From Vitreimonas sp. (GTDB lineage Bacteria; Patescibacteriota; Microgenomatia; UBA1400; PJMF01): a DNA stretch of 64,000 bases. The stretch covers positions 7,269 through 71,268 of the forward strand of contig DASPLQ010000012.1 in NCBI GenBank assembly GCA_035627515.1, written 5' to 3'. Each line of letters starts with the position of its first letter. Within the stretch, counting starts at the first letter, position 1. A program made the translations under genes and the position numbers. The notes beneath the pieces are model-generated. The model had not been told where the DNA came from. It saw nothing but the letters and a program-made list of their open reading frames with translations, and did no database searches. Shown here piece after piece: positions 59,134 through 64,000 of the stretch.

Positions 59134-60309
59134 TTAGCCACCTGGTTTCCGATAAATAATTTTACCTGCCACCCGTAATAAACCCCGGTTTTTACGATCA
59201 ATTAATGCTTGAGCTAACTCGGGAGAACCGACAATAATAGAGACATCACTATCATCGGAATCAATGTAAAATCTACCCACATTTTCTAGTGTTGGAAACC
59301 ACTCCAAAAATTGTTCTAAACTCGTCATATACTCACACTGCATGCCCCCTTCAATTTCACTCAATAGTGGTGCATTAACCACTTCTATTTTTCCTCGCAG
59401 ACGAAAATCACTATTCATCTTAGTTAATTTAGGAATCTGGAACGTATGTACATGCCTCAGCTCCACATCCCCTAAACATGTTTTTAGTTCTGGCAAATTG
59501 ACTGTTCCCGGACAATCATTTATCACCATGATGTCACTTACACTTTGTCCCATAATCTCGAGTGATGGTAAAAAAACTTCAGGAACATTCATAATCATCA
59601 TCCATGACACTACGAAACGTAATTTGGTGAATTCTAATCTCCCGACATTGATGAGCTCTAATGACTCCAACTGATCGAGTTCTGGCATACTTACCGATTC
59701 TATATGTTGCAGATCGACGAATTTGCCACTATGAGCCTTTTCAAAGTTGATGTTTACAGGACTCCTCGAAGTTTTGTTATCCATAGCAGGGATATTCGGA
59801 TCTGTATCGGTTTTATGGGCAATCAAGCGAGTGAAAATTCCTAAGTGAGGGGCAGTAAGCTCGAAGTTGTCCGAGGCTGTGACTGGCAATTGTAAATCAC
59901 CAAAGCTCTGCACATTTTTTAAGGACTTACCTAAAGATCGATCCCAGGTTATGCTACCCATCCAAGTAATGATCATTTCTGGCCAATAATTTTTTACTCG
60001 AGCGTTTACTGGCCGGGAAACCAACATTTGAAGATGACGATTTTTTACAGAGTATTTAAAGCTAATACTGTCTTTAAAATCCACATTGTTTTCTACCCAT
60101 TTCTCAGCCAAAGTTTTTTTCTTAGCTTCCAACTCTTGATCAAATAGCAACTTTCTATCCGATAATTTTCCCAAACGGAGCTGCACCTCTGAGACCTGAG
60201 CCTCACTCGCACCATGAGCGAACATCTTCTCTAGCTCTGCTTCAAGGGAATGAACTTCAGCTTTAATCTCGGCTAAAGTTGATTGAAATATCGGACAACT
60301 GTGATTCAT
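59134..60309 (-). CDS. Cys4/5-LRR-like paralog P8 (MNHSCPIF...; 391 aa), second array
   Basis: NYWPEMII, FTAPHL, FLEWFPTL, and the C-terminal ...LLRVAGKIIY. Same architecture as P1-P7 but a distinct subfamily (YWP instead of YFP). Confidence 0.65.
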   Translation of the reverse strand: MNHSCPIFQSTLAEIKAEVHSLEAELEKMFAHGASEAQVSEVQLRLGKLSDRKLLFDQELEAKKKTLAEKWVENNVDFKDSISFKYSVKNRHLQMLVSRPVNARVKNYWPEMIITWMGSITWDRSLGKSLKNVQSFGDLQLPVTASDNFELTAPHLGIFTRLIAHKTDTDPNIPAMDNKTSRSPVNINFEKAHSGKFVDLQHIESVSMPELDQLESLELINVGRLEFTKLRFVVSWMMIMNVPEVFLPSLEIMGQSVSDIMVINDCPGTVNLPELKTCLGDVELRHVHTFQIPKLTKMNSDFRLRGKIEVVNAPLLSEIEGGMQCEYMTSLEQFLEWFPTLENVGRFYIDSDDSDVSIIVGSPELAQALIDRKNRGLLRVAGKIIYRKPGG

Positions 60310-60329
60310 CTGTTAACTATATGCTCTTG

Positions 60330-61496
60330 CTAGTTACTATTCACTCTTCTTATCGTGCCGCCTTCATGGACTACAATATCACCATCAAATACGAGTTCCC
60401 CGCGTCGTTTTTTATCTTGTAAGGCTTGGGCTACCGACATTGACCCAACCTCAAACGAGATATTACTACTATCTTCACCTACTTCTTCTAGTTTAGGAAA
60501 CCAGGTATCAAAAGTGGTGATATCAGTCAGAGTTTTACAACTTATCCCAGCACCCACTCTCCTCAGAGTTCCCGCCTCGACATGCTGAATGTCACCAATA
60601 ATCGTCAAGGTTCCCCTCATATAATCCACGTGGGGAATAGAAAAACGTTCCACTTTTTTCAGTGTCACATTGCAATAAATACCGCGTAATTTGGGAAAGC
60701 TGATTGTTCCCTGACAATTATTAAGCAACAGCAACGTTTCACCAATTCTATTACCAATCATACTCACTTTGGGTAAAGTCATATCTGAGACGTTTGCGAA
60801 CTCACAATGAGCGTCAATACTGGTTAACGAAGATAGATCAATACTCCCTACATTTCTGACCACTAATTTATAAAGAAAGGGGACAAGCGGAGCGCTGAAC
60901 TTACTTAAATCATTAATCGTAATATTATTAATTTGTTCCAAAACTGGTAAATGGAGTTCTGCCTTAGTCCGCGTGGAGTAAACCACTTGTTGTGGTTGGT
61001 CATTGCGGAGTACTTTGAGATCATTGGCAATAAGACTCAAAGCGGGCGCCGTAAAAATTTCTTTATCTGAGTCAGTAATCAATACTTCTAGATCTTTAGC
61101 CCAATTAGTGTTTTTTAGCGTATTTCCACCACTGGAATACCACTTCATGTCCGCCTCAACTACCTCTACAAAATGTGGCCAGTAATCATTGACTTCTACC
61201 TCACTATTGCTTTTCAACACAATAAACTCAGTACCAGCCTCAATTTCCACAGTGGCATGATCTTGTGGTGGAAACTTTTTTTCAGCCCACACAGCAGCTA
61301 ATTCAAAGTTCTTTTCCTCTATCTCTCTTTCAAGTGCTTCTAAGCTATGCCAGATCTCAGTAGCTTGGGTTGATAAGACTTCAAACTGGTCTTTGGACCA
61401 GCCACTGGTACGCATACTCTCTAACATTGCTTCGGCTAGCACCATTTGCTGACGAATCTGGCTCAAGTTGGTTTTAAAACGAGAACAGTGTGACAT
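60330..61496 (-). CDS. Cys4/5-LRR-like paralog P9 (MSHCSRF...; 388 aa)
   Basis: DYWPHFV, FSAPLV, FDTWFPKL, C-terminal GELVFDGDIVVHEGG. Confidence 0.65.
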   Translation of the reverse strand: MSHCSRFKTNLSQIRQQMVLAEAMLESMRTSGWSKDQFEVLSTQATEIWHSLEALEREIEEKNFELAAVWAEKKFPPQDHATVEIEAGTEFIVLKSNSEVEVNDYWPHFVEVVEADMKWYSSGGNTLKNTNWAKDLEVLITDSDKEIFTAPALSLIANDLKVLRNDQPQQVVYSTRTKAELHLPVLEQINNITINDLSKFSAPLVPFLYKLVVRNVGSIDLSSLTSIDAHCEFANVSDMTLPKVSMIGNRIGETLLLLNNCQGTISFPKLRGIYCNVTLKKVERFSIPHVDYMRGTLTIIGDIQHVEAGTLRRVGAGISCKTLTDITTFDTWFPKLEEVGEDSSNISFEVGSMSVAQALQDKKRRGELVFDGDIVVHEGGTIRRVNSN

Positions 61497-61499
61497 ATG

Positions 61500-62672
61500 T
61501 TAGTTATACAGTGTTCCACTTCCCTCAAGTGTCATGACTTGCACAGCCCCATCAAATTCTAATGTCCCAGCTCTTCTGCGGGCTAATAACTCTTGAGCTA
61601 ATTCAAACGAACTCACCGTTATTGAAACCCGAAACTGACTACCAATTTTTCGCAAACTTTTAAACCAGGCATCAAATGTTTTAATATCATTGATGACCTG
61701 GCAATCTAGGGAGCCTCCAATCGTAACGAGGCTATCTGCTACCACAGTTCTGACGTAGCTTACTAACCTAACGTTGCCAGTAATTGTTTTAGTTTGAGGC
61801 ATCTCAAACCTCAGCACATCGTCAAGAAACAGATGAGCAAAACAATTCTCCATGCTCGGCAATGACACAATACTGCAGTTTTTAATTTTTATTTGATGAT
61901 CTAAACGAGGCCAGCCAGAAACCATACCCTGACCTACCGTAATCAAGCGTGGTAGTCTGAAGTTATTCACATGCTCAATGGATGCTACCTCAGAGATTGT
62001 TTCTAAATTTTCTAGCTCAGTCTGATTAACCTGGTCGACAAGCAGTTGTAATAATTGTTTCACCTGAGGCGCGCTAAAGCGTTTCAGATCACAAATATTA
62101 ATCAGGTTACTGCGAATCAATTCTGGACATTCGAGCTCCACTTTTGAGGTGGTGCCATCATGCAACCGAGCCAGTTGATCACTTCTAGTCACATTGAGGG
62201 ACACCATTTCACTTAAACTGGGGCAAAGTATTTTATGATTGTCATACCTAGTTACTAAAAAGGAAAGCTTTCTAATAAATGAGGTGCTTTTAAGTGTAGT
62301 GTCGGCACGTGGATGCCATTTCACTTCGCCATCAACTTTATGAATCCCGGCTGGCCAATATCCCTTAATCTCAAGCTTTTCATTTGTAGAAAGGACTCGA
62401 TTATAGGTACCTACCTCACGAGAAACCACCACCTTAGCTGAAGGCATTATGACTTTTTCTATCCACTCTTCAATCAAGTGGCTGTGGCGACTAAACATGG
62501 CAGCATCAATACTCCCAATTTCATCTTCAAATCTATACAACTCTTCAGAGAACTCTTCAAGGTCTTTAGCTTTTAAAGCCCGAGTCTGTTGTGACTCCAA
62601 ATAACTTTGCAGCTGGGTAGCGTGCTTATCCAACTTTGCCACTTCATCACCAAAAACAGAGCAGTAACTCAT
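61500..62672 (-). CDS. Cys4/5-LRR-like paralog P10 (MSYCSVF...; 390 aa)
   Basis: GYWPAGI, FSAPQV, FDAWFKSL, C-terminal GTLEFDGAVQVMTLEG. 3 nt upstream of P9. Confidence 0.65.
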   Translation of the reverse strand: MSYCSVFGDEVAKLDKHATQLQSYLESQQTRALKAKDLEEFSEELYRFEDEIGSIDAAMFSRHSHLIEEWIEKVIMPSAKVVVSREVGTYNRVLSTNEKLEIKGYWPAGIHKVDGEVKWHPRADTTLKSTSFIRKLSFLVTRYDNHKILCPSLSEMVSLNVTRSDQLARLHDGTTSKVELECPELIRSNLINICDLKRFSAPQVKQLLQLLVDQVNQTELENLETISEVASIEHVNNFRLPRLITVGQGMVSGWPRLDHQIKIKNCSIVSLPSMENCFAHLFLDDVLRFEMPQTKTITGNVRLVSYVRTVVADSLVTIGGSLDCQVINDIKTFDAWFKSLRKIGSQFRVSITVSSFELAQELLARRRAGTLEFDGAVQVMTLEGSGTLYN

Positions 62673-62836
62673 GATAAATCTTAGTATGGAGGGAATTTAA
62701 ACCAATGTCTATAATCGAGCGCACAAGCTGAGAACTGATCTTTCATAGGTAAAAATCTTTGATATAATCTTTTTCTTACAAAAAAGCCAGGTAAATGGTA
62801 TAATCCTGCTTTGTAGTAAAAGGAAGTTAATCTCGC

Positions 62837-63436
62837 GTGATCAGAAAGCGCATCATAAAACGCCGACAGCCCACAATTTTTGTGAAGGCTAATCATCAAA
62901 TTCGTTTTCCCGAAGTTCGTGTTTTAGACGAGCGCGGGGAAATGCTTGGAGTCATGCCTACCCGGCAAGCTCAAGATATAGCATTGACTGAAGGCAAAGA
63001 TTTAGTGCTGGTCACAGAGAAAGCGCAGCCTCCAATTGTAAAAGTGATCGACTTGGCTAAGTTCAAGTATCAACAACAACAAAAAGAAGCTGAGAATCGT
63101 AAAAAAGCCAAAGGTCCTGAGCTCAAAGAACTGCAGTTTTCACCGTTTATTGGTGAAGGCGACTTACAAACTAAGTTAAAACGCGTCTTTGAATTTTTAA
63201 ACCGCGGCGATAAAGTCAGATTGACGGTCGATTTTAAGAGTGGCCGCCAAATGAGTAAAAAAGAATTTGGATACGAAGTATTAAAAAAGATTTTTGAGGC
63301 TACGAGTGAAGTCGCTACCATTGAAACACAGCCCCAGTTTCAAGGTAAAAAACTGACTGCACAGTTAATGCCTGCCAAAAAGCAAAAACCGAAAGAGCCC
63401 GCAGCTGCACCTGAATCCACAGCAAGTGAAGCTTAA
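62837..63436 (+). CDS. infC: translation initiation factor IF-3 (GTG start)
   Basis: IRFPEVRVLDERGEMLGV, plus the conserved C-domain. AGGAAG lies 10 nt upstream of GTG. Operon with rpmI and rplT. Confidence 0.8.
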   Translation: MIRKRIIKRRQPTIFVKANHQIRFPEVRVLDERGEMLGVMPTRQAQDIALTEGKDLVLVTEKAQPPIVKVIDLAKFKYQQQQKEAENRKKAKGPELKELQFSPFIGEGDLQTKLKRVFEFLNRGDKVRLTVDFKSGRQMSKKEFGYEVLKKIFEATSEVATIETQPQFQGKKLTAQLMPAKKQKPKEPAAAPESTASEA

Positions 63437-63450
63437 GCACCAAAGACGTT

Positions 63451-63654
63451 ATGCAAAAAGTCAAACAAAAAACTCGCAAAGGCGTTGCTAAACGCTTCAA
63501 AATTACTGCTACCGGTAAAGTTTTGCGCCGTTCTCAAAACATGCGCCACTTACGCCGCCGCAAGAGTAAGAAAGCTATTCGAGCCTATCGCTTGCCAGTA
63601 GAAGTCAAAGGCAAATGGGCCAAGAAAATCAAGCAAATGCTTGGTTTAGCATAA
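63451..63654 (+). CDS. rpmI: 50S ribosomal protein L35
   Basis: MQKVKQKTRKGVAKRFKITATGKVLRRSQNMRHLRRRKSKK. Confidence 0.9.
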   Translation: MQKVKQKTRKGVAKRFKITATGKVLRRSQNMRHLRRRKSKKAIRAYRLPVEVKGKWAKKIKQMLGLA

Positions 63655-63673
63655 GTATCAGAAAGAATAATTC

Positions 63674-64000
63674 ATGCCAAGAACAAAAAGTGGTTTCACC
63701 AGACATCGCCGTCATAAAAAAGTTTTAAAGCTGACCAAAGGGTTCCGTGGTTCTAACAGCCGTTTATACAAACGCGCTAAAGAAGCATTGTTGCACGCTG
63801 GCCAATACGCCTTTGTAGGTCGGAAATTGCGCAAGCGCGACTTCCGTTCCTTGTGGATCGTGCGCATCAACGCGGCTTTGAAGCAAGTTGATGAAAAATT
63901 GCAGTATTCACGTTTCATTAATGCTATGAAAAAAGCTAATGTGACTGTGAATCGTAAGATGTTAGCTGAATTAGCTGTCAATGATTTTGCTGCGTTTAAA
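63674..64000 (+). CDS. rplT: 50S ribosomal protein L20 (3' end beyond the window)
   Basis: MPRTKSGFTRHRRHKKVLKLTKGFRGSNSRLYKRAKEALLHAG... read directly in frame from the ATG at 63674. The window ends about 9 codons before the expected stop. Confidence 0.9.
   Translation, partial: MPRTKSGFTRHRRHKKVLKLTKGFRGSNSRLYKRAKEALLHAGQYAFVGRKLRKRDFRSLWIVRINAALKQVDEKLQYSRFINAMKKANVTVNRKMLAELAVNDFAAFK

Noticed and set aside
62681-62899. 72-aa minus-strand ORF between P10 and infC
   Set aside because: It overlaps the infC RBS and start region. Its composition is odd and no signals are present. It is more likely a non-coding divergent promoter region.
1-64000. CRISPR arrays, rRNA genes, IS/transposase genes, integrases
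   Set aside because: No regularly spaced direct repeats, no rRNA-like conserved blocks, and no DDE or tyrosine-recombinase motifs were found in any long ORF. The only mobile-like signature is the GIY-YIG/tRNA-Cys cassette.

Overview
This window reads as a compact, moderately AT-rich bacterial chromosome segment. Housekeeping genes identified from protein motifs are clpB (3' part), lon, tpiA, pcrA/uvrD, a femAB-family transferase, pyrH, gap, comM/yifB, a pfkB-family kinase, a greA-like factor, miaA, miaB, an AI-2E transporter, an SPFH protein, a DUF62-like protein, tig, and infC-rpmI-rplT. Also present are tRNA-Ile(GAT), tRNA-Val(GAC), tRNA-Cys(GCA), and a type-A RNase P RNA that sits under a spurious ORF call. 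Two accessory regions stand out. The first is a 10-member paralog family in two arrays: seven on the + strand at 12537-20381 and three on the - strand at 59134-62672. The members are ~350-390 aa, have no signal peptide, and share an invariant Cys at residue 4-5 (MxxSCxLLT), a YFP(S/T)(I/F)I motif, (F/I)xAPxL leucine-rich-like repeats, and a C-terminal F..FP.L...G.F.IE motif. The second is an array of about 11 putative regulators (31809-39931, plus 24748-26154). They combine two alternative DNA-binding N-termini, a TrmB-type winged helix or a tandem ribbon-helix-helix, with either a shared TrmB-C-like domain or a TPR-like domain. Further points are a GIY-YIG nuclease ORF embedded between a complete tRNA-Cys and two degenerate tRNA-Cys copies bounded by a 49-nt direct repeat, and a greA-like / P-loop / 607-aa / pfkB operon of unknown function. 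Many genes have a TATAAT-like hexamer 4-7 nt upstream of the ATG, which suggests leaderless mRNAs. No CRISPR array, rRNA or classical IS element was seen. Gene content (femAB family, small GIY-YIG, leaderless signals, paralog expansions) is compatible with a small-genome, possibly host-associated lineage such as Patescibacteria/CPR, but that is low-confidence inference.
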